Of a DNA stretch of 64,000 bases, positions 1 through 12,812 are shown in pieces. A program made the translations under genes and the position numbers. The stretch comes from the human T2T-CHM13v2.0 reference genome, Homo sapiens. How positions within the stretch are numbered: position 1 is the first letter of the stretch; the number at the start of each line of letters is the position of its first letter. The DNA lies in NCBI RefSeq assembly GCF_009914755.1, contig NC_060935.1, one strand, 5' to 3'. The notes beneath the pieces are model-generated. The model was not told where the DNA came from and searched no databases. It worked only from the letters and a program-made list of their open reading frames with translations.

Positions 1-665
1 TTTCTGGTAAAAGTTTTACTGTAAAATGCTTTTAATACTATTCTATGGAGAGCAACAGGTTTACTTCTCCACAGCAGTCAGGTTTTGATAAATAGTATGA
101 CCAGGCTGTAATAAATAGTGAAATAATGTGCTTGAAACTTAAAAAACAAAAAAACATGATTACTGAAAAATTGCTCTAAATAGCCAGTGAAAAGAGGAAT
201 TTTGTCTTATGTGTTAATATCTCAGGGGTCAATCTGTACAAATTATTCCTATTTTTAATGTAAATGTTAATACTTCTAATAGAAGTAATTAATAATCATT
301 TAGTGCCATGTGAACCATCCATTTGACTACAGAAAAAGAAAAACTTAAAGCCAAATTATAAGATTAAGATCTAAAATCAAGGTTAAAGATATTTAACTTT
401 TATTATTCAAATAGGAACATAAAAAGGTATTTTCTTCTGAAAATAGAACTGATCTTTAGGGATATAGACTTAAAACTGTCAAATTATTTTCACAACATTC
501 ACACATAGCCTGTTAGGTTATTTAGTATGCTAAAAAACAAAAAACAGGCATTTAATAGGTTAATATTACATAATATAAATGTATTTTAAATATCAGAAAT
601 GTGATCTATACAGTGTAATATCACATTTCTAAATTACATTTCTAGTTAGATGTAGAAAATACTAA

Positions 666-940
666 TTTTTATTATATACTGACAAATTATAGTTGCATAT
701 ATTTATGGAATATAAAGTAATGTTAAGATTTTTTAATACAATGATTAAATCAAGCTAATTAACCTGTCCATTACCTAGAATATTTAACATTTTTGTAATA
801 AGAACATTTGAAATTTATTCTCTTAACGTTACTGAAATGTACAGTACTCAAATATTAGCTATATTCACCATTCTGTGGAATTAATCTCAAAAAAAGTCAA
901 ACTCATTCCTCCTATCTGAGCCTTTGTACCCTTTGACTGA
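666..940 (-). mobile_element. Old L1 (L1MA-like) 3' end fragment
   Basis: Resembles an L1MA 3'UTR (..aatcaagctaattaac..tccatt..gaaatttattctct..ctttgtaccctttgac). Confidence 0.65.
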
Positions 941-2637
941 CATATTTCAAGTGTATTTGACATCCACTGAAGAACTTATGAGTTAATCACACAGAACATT
1001 CTAGGATCCATTAGAAAATCTAAATAAATATATGGCCTTTGGTCTCTTTCAGAAAATGTAAATAAATATATGGCCTTCCATTTTCACTTTCCAGTGTGTA
1101 AAAAAATTGTAAGTCATTTCCTTCTTCATATAGTAATAATGAGCAACTCAGTTATTTGTCTAAAAATCTTCAAATAGTAACTATGTGTCAGCTGATTTAG
1201 GCTAACATACATTTTCAAGTTTGCAAATACATTTCGTGAAAAATTGTGAAGGAAAAAAGTTATTCATTTTAAGATAGAAAAATCATGGTTTCATTTGCAT
1301 TTTTAATACAGAATGTCATATTTCTAAAGCAGAAGAAATAGTTGCAGTTTGCCGAAGTAAAACTAAATATCCCACAAGATAATGGTTTTACAATTAAAGG
1401 TATTTCCTTGACAGAATAGATAGCAATTTAAAAATGCCCAAAGTTAAAGAGAATCCAGGATCTGTCTGCTTCTAATGGCTTTAATGAAGCAGAATTGAAT
1501 CAATGGCTTCACAATGCCAGACAATCATCTTGGCTTTTTTTTTTTTTTCTTTCTTCACTGACTCCACCAATTGTTTTGGCTTCCAGTAGAAGCAGCTTCA
1601 ATTAAAGATAATGGTTGTTTGGCTTGAATGAAGACTAAAGGCCAGGGACTCTAATATAAGTCCTGAAACACTCAGAAAACAAACAAGGTGGTTTTTAAAA
1701 TACATTTCATAGAAGTTCAAGTTGTTCTTAAGAAATTAAAGCTAGTTGGAGAGAGCTAAAAATGTTATTACAACTGCATTTCAAATGGTAAAGCCTTAAC
1801 TTTAACTTAATGTTCAGACATTATCTTGAAAGCAAACGGAAACCTGAGCAAACACCTCTTGAAATCAATCGATGCAGATAGATGGCACCTCGGAAAAATC
1901 CCTAAAGTTGGCCTCAACTGTCCTGACTTAGCCATGTAATGAATGCAATTCCATCTGATTTGCCTAGGTAGTAGGAATATCCACAAAAAGAACAAACCTT
2001 TCCACATGCTTCCAAGAAATAAACTCAGGTTTTTATTCAAGCCAGAATTTGTAAAGGAACCATCAATGGCACTCATATCTTTCCCAAATAGAAAGATACA
2101 GATGGTTATTATTAAAAGAAAAAAAAATGTTTTTGTGTGGAAAGAAGAACCATGGTCATAGCAAATTACTTTGAAATTAAAAAAATTGTTTATTGCTTTA
2201 CAAACGTTTAATATTTCAGTTAAATCTGCTTCTTTCTTTGAGTTATAGTTTAATCACATGTTATTGAATAGAAGAAATACATTACAGGAATGAAAAGGAG
2301 TAAATATGGTTCATATAATCACCTCTGCTATTTGAAAACACTGAGTATTGTTTTTGCTCATGCAAGAATCATAAAAAATTGGCAAGTTGGATTCAGGCCC
2401 ATTTACTCTGCAGTTTATACAGAAGCTATTACAGAAAATGAAGTACATAACAGAAACAAGATAGAACTTATAAAAAGGAAGTATTATTAAAGCATGATGC
2501 CTGGCAATTCACTCCCCAAGGAGAAACTAGACCTACCCACACATATAGATTCTAAAGGGGGAAAAAGGAATCACAATAATAAACAAGAATCCTGCTATTT
2601 AGAAAAATGAATATATATCTCAAAAAATCCTTACATG

Positions 2638-2998
<361 letters not shown>

Positions 2999-4104
2999 CT
3001 AGCCAGCTAGGATAAGCTTAACAAACATCTGTTGAAAGAATAATTAGAAAAGGAAAAAGCGTCTACCCATCTTTTTTATTCTAATTTTAGCCCTGGGTAA
3101 GGAACCAACTAACAGCACCTGAATTAAATTTATCACTTTCACAATACCATCCAGTTTTATAGATCTGCAAATCTTCATAATAAAACATTTCATTGTCTTC
3201 GAATGTCAATCCATCCCATCAGGGCTGAAGTCAGCCACAAAGTCAACAACCTAAAAATAGACTGTGGCGAGTGTGAAGACTGTCACTTGCCTGCCTCTGT
3301 CAGCTCCTCTTGCCAGCAGTGAATGGAAAACTCAGGTGATGCCTCATTGTGTATAGACATTTTCCCTTAAGCAAATAAACATAACAGCCAAAGCACAGCT
3401 TCGATAGCCTAAGGAATAATGGAAGAGGCATTTTAAAGTTGCTAAATCAAATCATTTTGCCTAGAAATGGAAATGAGAATGCTGTATCAAACATGTTTGT
3501 AAAGCAGACAATAGTCAAAACTGTTTGCCTGTAATTTTCTTGATTCAATTCCTAATAACAACAGTTGCATCAGAGCAGATTTTCGCTATTATACTCCCAG
3601 GTTGTTCCACATTGGGGTTGTTTCTACACAGTAATAAAGCATCTGGGTGAAAAACGGAAAAAACACAACTAATCATCCAGCTGTTTCTAAAATCCCAGCT
3701 GTTCAGTAATAGGCAGAAAATAGCTAACATAACAACAGAACATAACAGACTCACATTGCAGGTGGTTGTAGAAGCTTTCTGGATATGCACTGGCATGACC
3801 TGATTTATAAAATGGGAAGATGTCTACCCAAATCACACATAAAAACTCTCCCTGAGAAATCTGCAAACAGGGACTGCAAAAGCCTTCCTGATCTGGGCTT
3901 TTGTTGATGCAAAGGTGAATGGGATGAGATAGGCTGGAGGGAAAGTGAGAAAACCAAACATTTTACATGTCTAGATCTGCAGTTAAAAAAAAAGAAAAGA
4001 AAAACTTACATGGGGGAATGGGGGAAGAGACTGGAAGGAGATCCCTGGATACCTTACTTTGAATAAGTTTATATTTGGTCTGAAGTTCTATTAGGCTCTC
4101 CTAC

Positions 4105-4211
4105 CTTGAATTTCTTTCTGAATCTGACAGGGTTGCAGCAAAATTTTGACAGTTGAGAGACTTTTTGAATCTCTCTTGCGAAGCTTATAAAACAACTACA
4201 ATTTTTCTTAA
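4105..4211. repeat. Local direct duplication, copy A (partner 5628-5729)
   Basis: About 90% identity over about 89 bp by manual alignment. Confidence 0.9.
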
Positions 4212-4577
4212 ACGAAATAAGGAAAAAAATGTTTCAGCATGTAATTTTCAGCTTGTTTTAGCAATGACAGAAGAATTTATCCCCTTGCTAGACTAGACTG
4301 ATCTCTAATAGTGATACTATAGACATACAAAAAGGAAATGGTAATTCCTGAACAGAGCTTCTCCCATCCAAAGATTCTGCTTAGTCCCTTGAGTAAAAAT
4401 AGTCTTGTGTCACAAGATGATTCACACCTTAAAATACTGTATGTTGCTTCATCCTTATCTATCGAATCTAACCCTTTCTTTCTCCACTGTTTCTCACACT
4501 GCCTTGAAACCTGTGAAGTATGTGGATTCTAGTAGTGAAATGACACCTCTTTTCCGTATAGATGAGAAGAAGCAGTG

Positions 4578-4597
4578 GCAGCAGCAGCAGCAGCAGC
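4578..4597 (+). repeat. Short (CAG)6 microsatellite
   Basis: gcagcagcagcagcagcagc. Confidence 0.85.
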
Positions 4598-5627
4598 TAA
4601 ATCAGCAAGGAGCATATGATGGCAGAGTTCTAATTAGATTGCACAAATTTTATGATTTCTCCATTCCTCTAAGAATTGCACACCAGCAATAACCAACATA
4701 AACACATCATTCAGCTCTGTGTTAGTGACATTCATTCCCAGGGCTCCTACTGGTTGCTTACTTCTGTCTTAGCTTGAATGCACTGCTATGCTGACATTCT
4801 ATATTAGACTAAGGGGGAGAATTCTCCCCCTTTGAAACGTAAACGTCCAAGGAGTAATCTCCTAAAGACATGAGTCCCTTACTCTGAAGGGAAAGGTGAA
4901 TCTTATCCTTAATGAGACATACAGTTTTAACTCCCAGCAGCAGTTTTATGGTTTCATATGTGAGTGCCCTCGAAGACGAAGAGCAAAGGGAATATTCGGA
5001 CATATACACATATATGCCTACTCTAAGAGATCAATTCACTTTCCTGGATTCTTTGGGTCAACAAAAATTAATAGTTAGCATGACAAAATGAAGCAGTTTT
5101 TAGACTGACCTAGCTATTTTCACCATCAAATTAGTGACTTCATTTAGGCATAACTCCTTGTCCCTTGCCCTCCTCCCTGCTCCTGTTCCTATCTCCCAGT
5201 TGGCACTGATCCTGTTATATCTTGTCGTTACTCTAGGGAAAAAAAAAGGAGTTTCCTAAATTCTCATTGGCTAGATCAGATCTGGAGGACACGGGTCAAG
5301 AGCTCTAATAACACTTCTAGGAACTCAAAAGTAAATCCTATTCCTAATATTCTTGCTTTGTCATTTAGATTCTAATATAGTACATAGCCATTTCTCTGTG
5401 TTGTAATTCACATGTACTGAAATCAGCTTCTAAACTGATCAACAGCAAATGTTGCAAAGAAAGACTATCAGACAATTTTGTCATCCTCTAATCAATCTGT
5501 AGCCAAGTCTTTCACTTAATTTGCTGGAAGATAATGATTATATAAAATCCACCAATTTAATCATGAATGTGAAAAAGACACACACAAAAGAAGAAAAAGA
5601 GGTACCATTTTCCTCTCAAGAGGAATT

Positions 5628-5729
5628 CTTGAATTTCTTTCTGAAATCTGATGGGGTTGCAGCAAAATTTTTGAAAGTTGAGAGACTTTGTGAATCTCTT
5701 GCAAAGCTTATAAAACTCAGATTTCTTAA
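5628..5729. repeat. Local direct duplication, copy B (partner 4105-4211)
   Basis: cttgaatttctttctg...aagcttataaaac shared with copy A. Confidence 0.9.
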
Positions 5730-8700
5730 TAAATCTGAATAACTGAATCATTATTCTTTGGATATGTCTCTCTCCAAATAACTATTGCAATCTCCAAATC
5801 TCATATTAATTTCTTAAAATTTTTAACTGGAGATATTCCTAAAACTAATAAGATAGTGCAATGCTTATAATTTCGAATTGTTTTTTATCAAGTCATTTTA
5901 GTATTAGGTAAATCATCCTAAAATTAATATCTTTCCCCAACAGTCATGCCATAATGACACCAACTAGGAATGGCAGGTAAATAAAAAAAAAAAAAAAAAA
6001 AATCCTAATGCATTCCCTAGAGATTCCATCACCTCTTGATAGATTTCAGTCGAGTGGGAGCTTCATTAATTATTTCCTTCTCTGCCTGATAGCAAATGAA
6101 AGGCTCATTTGGATCATATCCCTACCAATTGACAGGAGGAAAAAAGGCTCACTCAGGTGCTATCAACACCATTAGTGTTCTTTAGGGAAATCATCATTCT
6201 ATTCAGGTACAAATGCATTAAGTTTATAAATAGAAAAACATGCATCCTCCATGTTAACTAATGTGGCTGCTATCATAGAGAGAGTTCAGGTAATATCGCC
6301 TTAATCTCCAAGAGATATAGTATTTTCCAACTACTGAATGGTTGTGTGTGTGTCCTCAGAGCCTAAGAAAGATATTGGAACATTCACCAAAAACAACAAT
6401 AACCTGAAACTTTTAATGCTGTAATTGAACCTGAGAGAATTAAGTAATTCACATCAAACAAAAGCTATCACAAAAAAATACAGAAAGATAATGGCTTCTA
6501 GTAATTCTATTTCTAAAGAGCACACAGTTGTTCTACAGGTCATATAGTCCAGTTTCCATGCTATATGCATCCTTTATATAATGAGAATAATGTGCATTAA
6601 AAAAATAAAATCAGCATTTTGCAATGTTCCATACAGTATTAAAATTAACCCTTTCTTCTGGGAATGAAACTCTCTATATACCCTTATGGAATGTCTCAGA
6701 GCTTAGGACTAGTATTATTGTCGTTATGGGGCACAAAAATCCAACCTAAAGTGTAAAGAAAGGTTTTTTAATCCTCCAGCCTCACCATTTCTCCAAAACA
6801 CATGCATTTGCCTGCTAATGGGAATTATACACTTTTACTTCACTTTGAAAAGTCTCTTTCAATACCTCAGATCATTCATTTTGCTTATATTTGTGGGCAG
6901 AATATAAAATACATAATATATGTGAACATATGAATATATTATATATTCATATAATTATTTTGAAACAAATATAATTCTTAGACTTAGCACTGGCACAGCT
7001 TTTGCTGATATCCACAGGGACTACTTATTTAACTGCTTTGACTGATTTAAGAGGTAACTGGCCCCTCAACAGCCAATAGCTTAAGTAGCTGTGGATAAAA
7101 ATGCCTTCATGCTCTTTGACTTTGAAATAGCCCTTGGTGTACAGAATCATGAGAAACAATCCAAGTACATTCCCACATAATACTGATTACTGGGAAAAAC
7201 ACCAGCATATCTTCCATATTTATTAGTCATTTCTAATAGTTACTATTAAAACCACTGCTAAGGTAGGTTGGCATTTCTATCATTTTCACAGAAAATGTTA
7301 ACCTATATATTCATGGGGCAGGTTATTTCTGCTTTATGTCCTCTATCACAACAGTCACTTCTTGGTTATTTCTGCTAATGGTGAAGAGGCAGGACCAATG
7401 TTACCCCAAAATCCTGCATAATTAGTTCTAGCATATGTAACACTTTGAACAACAGATTTGGCTTCCCACTTAGGTTTTGCTTGGCTTTCTAGTTCTAGTG
7501 TTTTTGTTGTTTCTTTGTCATGGATTGTTTTATCTTTTTATAATTTTACCTTTTCTGGACTGGTTGTTTAACACAAGACAATAGGCTTCTGAGCCTGAGT
7601 AAAGCCAGCCTCAGGTGAGAAACCAACTACAGATAACCTACAAAACAGATTGCTTACAGGTAGGAAGAAAGAATGGACTATTTGTGGATCAACTAACAAA
7701 ATCATTTAGCTCCTGGCACCCTGGATGCAAAATCTCCTTCCAAGACACCAATGACAACAAATGGACCAAAAGCTGAACCTTAAGTCAGCAACACTACCTC
7801 CAGTGAATCTGGGAATATGCTTTTCAAGATGACAGCATGACTTTATATTCAGCACATTATTTGCCTTATACATTTATTCCCATCCCACAGGCCTGAAAGG
7901 GGGATGCTTGAATCTCACTTAGAGCCACCGCTCATTAAATATGTGCCATGTTTTTAAGCAACCAACTTATGCCCTGGGATTAATTTATTTATCCATAAAT
8001 AAGATGACCATATTTTCTAAACCTCAAATGGGGCCATATGGTCTGATATGTATTAGCATGCTTTCATGAAGAAGATACTGTGAGAAATTGGGACTGCTAT
8101 GGAAACAAAACCAAGCCAGAAATAAAACTCATATCACAGTCCTAATCTTAATTTACTTTTCAGAAGTACATATTCCCATTTATTACAAAAAAAAAGCTCT
8201 GCTTCCTTCAATATTGAACACAACCACTCCAACAACCTTCTCCTCAGATAAGAATACTGATTTCCATACTAGAAAGTAGCACTGTCTTCTGACCTGCAGT
8301 GGCTACATTGGTCTGGAAGATCCTTTGCCTAAAGTTAAGTTTCTTTAAAGGCAGGAGAACCGAAAGGTACCTTATGTCCACATCAAATGTCTCTTGAAGA
8401 ATTCAGAATGACTTTTGGGTCAAGGAGATTTCCTGGAACAGGCCCTTTTGTCACTGAATGACACCCTGTAATCATTTTAAACTGTATCAATAAAAACACA
8501 TACACACACATAAAGAAGGATGTTACACTCTGTTCCCTGCACATGAGCACATCACCACAGGTTCATTGTAAAAATGTGAAGTGAATCTAGGTATACTTCT
8601 TACTTTCCCTAGCAATAGCTGCAATGTTAGTACTAAAGGCTCATCCAAACCCTGAAAATTAACAACAAGGAAGAACACCATTTCTGATTTGTTGGAAGGT

Positions 8701-9389
8701 AGGGGGGCTACTGTTTGTGATTCCAATGTGATTAAAAATAATTTTCCATTGGTTAATATTGACTTTTTTAAAATGGGAAAATATGTATCTTAGTTCACAG
8801 TATTTTCCTTATATCTTTCTTACTCATATATTGGGTTCTATTTCAACACATGCTTAATGAAAAAAATTTCAGGAAGCTTCAGTGATCCTGTTTAAAACAA
8901 ACTTGACAAAGCATGCAGTAGCACTTGTGAAACACTACATGTGTTTAAGCATAAAATGAGTTCCCCAGCACAGGTCAAAATAGTGTTTACTGACAAGACT
9001 GCACGATAACAAAGCAAGACATCAAAATGTTTACTTACCAATTTTCACCATATGTATTCAACTGAGGACTGAAGAGTTATTTTTCATTAAATGAATCCCT
9101 TCCCTTTAGAAGTTGTTAGAATAACAGCTCAGAATACATCCTATTCATTCAGCTTAGTCTACATTCGAAAAAACTCAAACACCTGTTCTGCGGTTAACCT
9201 AACAGTGAGATTTTTGTTTTTATTTATTTATTTTTGCTCCTATTACTTACTAAAAAAAATCCAAGCTGATATGACTGGAATGGTACTTAGAAAATATGAA
9301 GCTAGTCTGATATTTCTTTTACTCCACAGTAGAATTGTGGTACGAAAAGGAACCAAGTAATAATGTAGCCCAATATCCCCATGTTAGAT

Positions 9390-9421
9390 ACACACACACA
9401 CACACACACACATACACACAC
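9390..9421. repeat. (CA)n microsatellite
   Basis: Direct reading. Confidence 0.9.
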
Positions 9422-11639
9422 TCCTGAGGATCAAGGAGATGAAACAATTTGCCCACGATTAACAAGCCAGCTCTCTTGACTCCCTAGACCAGCTGTCATT
9501 CCTCTAGCACCCACTGACTCCCTTTCACAGAAATCAAAAGGACTATTTATTCCTCCTTTCTTCCCCATAACTGTTATGCCTGTTTTCCTTTCCAATCATT
9601 TGCAAGAGAGAACAATGCATCTTCCCTTGAAAAGACTCTGATTAGGATGACCCTCAAATAGTGTGCTTTTGGTAACATCTATTGTCATCTGAAAAGCAAT
9701 AAAAGGATCCCAGATCCCAATAATTAGGATCTCTAAAGAAGGTCACTTCCCTTTTATCTTAACCAAATGTGTATAGTGGTCTCTAAGATACAGTTTCATA
9801 AATTAGTTATAAATACATCCTGAAAGCATATTCATCAGTATAAATTTTTTACAAATGGATCTAAAGCACTTTGACTAGTTTCAACTGGAAAAATGTTATG
9901 AATTCACAACTGTACTGGATGTCCTGAATTCATGAATTCTCTTCTAAGAGAAGTGTTCCATACAGAAGAACTCCCATACAAGTCTTGAGGGCTTAAAACC
10001 TTCCTTCTCAGTGTGGGATCAAGATCGAGATACTCTAAAATAAATGCATCTTGCAGGGGGAAAGAAACAATAAGTTTAGTATGATAACCTAATAATATTT
10101 GGTTTGAAAGCTTATGTCTGTCACTTCTTGACCTTCTCATCCGAAAAAAAAGAAAGAAAGAAAGAAAAAGAAAAAAAAACCATGTGAAATAAAGGTAAAC
10201 CCCAAATGACTACATTTCCTGGATTCTCAGAATTATCAATATAATGTGTTTTGTCAATCAAATTTAATATAACTTTCAGATTTAAAAGGAGGTATTATGG
10301 AAACAATGAAATACAGTACATTTCCCTTCCAAACATAGCCAAATCATTGTCATTGCTATTATAGAAAGTTCAATAAACATCCCTTATATACTAAACAGCC
10401 CTTAAATTATTTTGAGATATAATCTGACCTAGTTGGCTATATTGTAAGATACATGGTCTGTTGTTCACAGAGTCAACTTTCTATACTATAACATGCCTGA
10501 ATCTATCAACAATAGACTCTCTTGTATCTGCACATCAACTTCTTGTAAGGACTGCAGAGTTAAAGCAATTACCCATAATTTTTACAATATCCTAATAAAG
10601 TAGATGTATGCTTGTGCATTCTAAATCGCTTTTTCTCCCAGAGGAAGATTAAACAATTTAGACATAACATCAGGCATTTGTATGGAAGTCAACATTTCAG
10701 AGTTTTCGCATGTTCTCATTTGTTTTGCATAACTCTGTAACGTAATGTGCTTCATTTGCCCTCTTTTTAACCAATCACGAAATTTGGGTGCAGAAATGTT
10801 AAGTGACATTTCCAAATGACTTACAGCCTGTCCAAATAGCCTTACCCCTTCTCTAATGCTTGTTACATTTTTGCCCCAAATCTAAAATGTATTAAAACAT
10901 TATCTTTGAAATCTTATTGTAAGATGACATTTTCTTGTTTTATCATTCTCTGTTGTCTTCTATTGATCTTTGTTCTTCACATTCAATAAAAGGCCCTGCT
11001 TGCTGTTTTCATTCTCTAAAAGGTGTTCTAGAAAAGTATTTCTCTACAAATGGGGAAAGGGTGGAGAGGGGGTGCAGTTTTACTTTTAAGCCTAATGTTG
11101 AATTTACTTTGAATTTCAAATACCATTAAAGGAGAGGTAGGATTTATGTAATTATGAAATGATGGCCTGGATTTTAAAAAGCTTGAGAAAGGCTATTCTA
11201 GGTCAGTTTGTTTGTTTGTAGCTCACAGTTACCAGAGTTCACTATGTGCCGAAATAGTGTATGCAGTGTTGTTTGTTTTGTTTTGTTCCCCCGCCCCCAA
11301 CCAGAGCTCAAGACAATCATTTTATAAAGAACAGAAGTTAAATAAACATTGTAGAATAAGGCCTCTTATGCATTCTGAGTTTTCTAACCTATACCTCATG
11401 ATTTCATAGTGCAAGGCTGATCGCTAGTTGTTATCTCACATTCTAGAATGCTTTGTCATGACTTAAATGCAGTTATATGTGTCATAAATTCCTTTAATAA
11501 AGATAATAATGATGGTGATGTTGAAACCAAATGTTTGACACAATTCTTCCTTATGTCCATTTTAGCAAATATAATGTTAAAATCTGAGGTTAATCCCCAA
11601 ATTCTGTTCTTATATAACTGCACAAAAAAATAAACTTAA

Positions 11640-12812
11640 TAAATCTAGCGTTTATGTTTCACATTTAATAGAAAAATTTTAAGCCATAATCACTGTAGCT
11701 GCTTGGCATCTTCTTCAAGAATTCTTTCAGTGCATGCATTAACTTTGGTTAAATTATTCTGGAGTTAAAAGGCAGAAGAATATATAAAATAGTATGATTT
11801 CAGAAGCATCATTCTAACAGACCAATTTCAAAAGATTCAGTTGCTAAATTTTACTTCATAATTCCTTTGTCAATCAGTTATTTAGATTTTAAAAGAGGAG
11901 AGAATCCTGTGATGTTATCTGCATGATCATTAGTCTCACACAATGAAAAGAAAACAATAAAATAAGACTAAAGAAATCATTCTTCCAATGATTGTCATTG
12001 AACTGTTACATTAGTAAACATTCACAGTTTGAAGTCTCTCTCAATCTCCAGCATATAAAGTAGTGCAAAGAAAAAAAAATCCAGTCCTGTTACCTGCAAA
12101 CAAAACTTATTACATATTCTCCAATTTCACTTATTCTATAATGTTAGACATTTGCTGTTAAGTCTTCCCAAAATTAATAACAAAATATAATCAATTTCTA
12201 AAGGCCCTTGCAGCCTTTTTAAAAGTTAATTTCCAGTTAAAAATAAATTTTAATTAAATCCAAGATAAAATTGTGACCTATAGTCTATTAAATAATTTAC
12301 TTTCTTTTTTCTCTACACAGTATTTCTTACAATTTTTAAAAAACAACTACAGAATCCAAAGACATACGATATGCTGTTAAAGCACTGATAAATGACTGCT
12401 CAGATTCATTAGTTCTTACATAGTAAATACTTCAAAATGCCAACTTTTCCCTTCACTGCACAATTACTAACATTGACAATTTACTTCACACACACACACA
12501 TATACACACACACGCACACACTCTCTCTCTCCATCTTTACTGTTAACATCTTTTCCAGTTAATGTGCAAAATTCTTGCATTCTAATAAAAATATAAAGAT
12601 AGATTTGCTCCTATTCCTCCCTCTTCTCCAAGATGTATCATTTATTTGATATGTAATACAAGTTTAGTAACAATTATGCCATGTATAACCATTAAATAGT
12701 GTACTACTGTATGCATTGGATCATTTGCATATTTCATTTTCATAACTGCACTCTCTATGCATAAATATATTTGGAGATGCTGAGGGGGGAGCAGTGGCAG
12801 GTGGAAAAAGAT
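11640..12812 (-). other. KCNA4: KCNA4 3'UTR, AU-rich, with proximal AATAAA (12641-12646) and distal ATTAAA (11664-11669) candidates
   Basis: TTTATT and TTTAAT on the + strand; several TAAAT (ATTTA in the mRNA) between them. The distal end is approximate. Confidence 0.55.
12487..12531. repeat. Compound (CA)n(CT)n repeat in the KCNA4 3'UTR (GU-rich in mRNA)
   Basis: Direct reading. Confidence 0.9.

Noticed and set aside
4405-4692. Poly-Q ORF over the CAG repeat
   Set aside because: Non-ATG start, only six CAG units, and no gene context.
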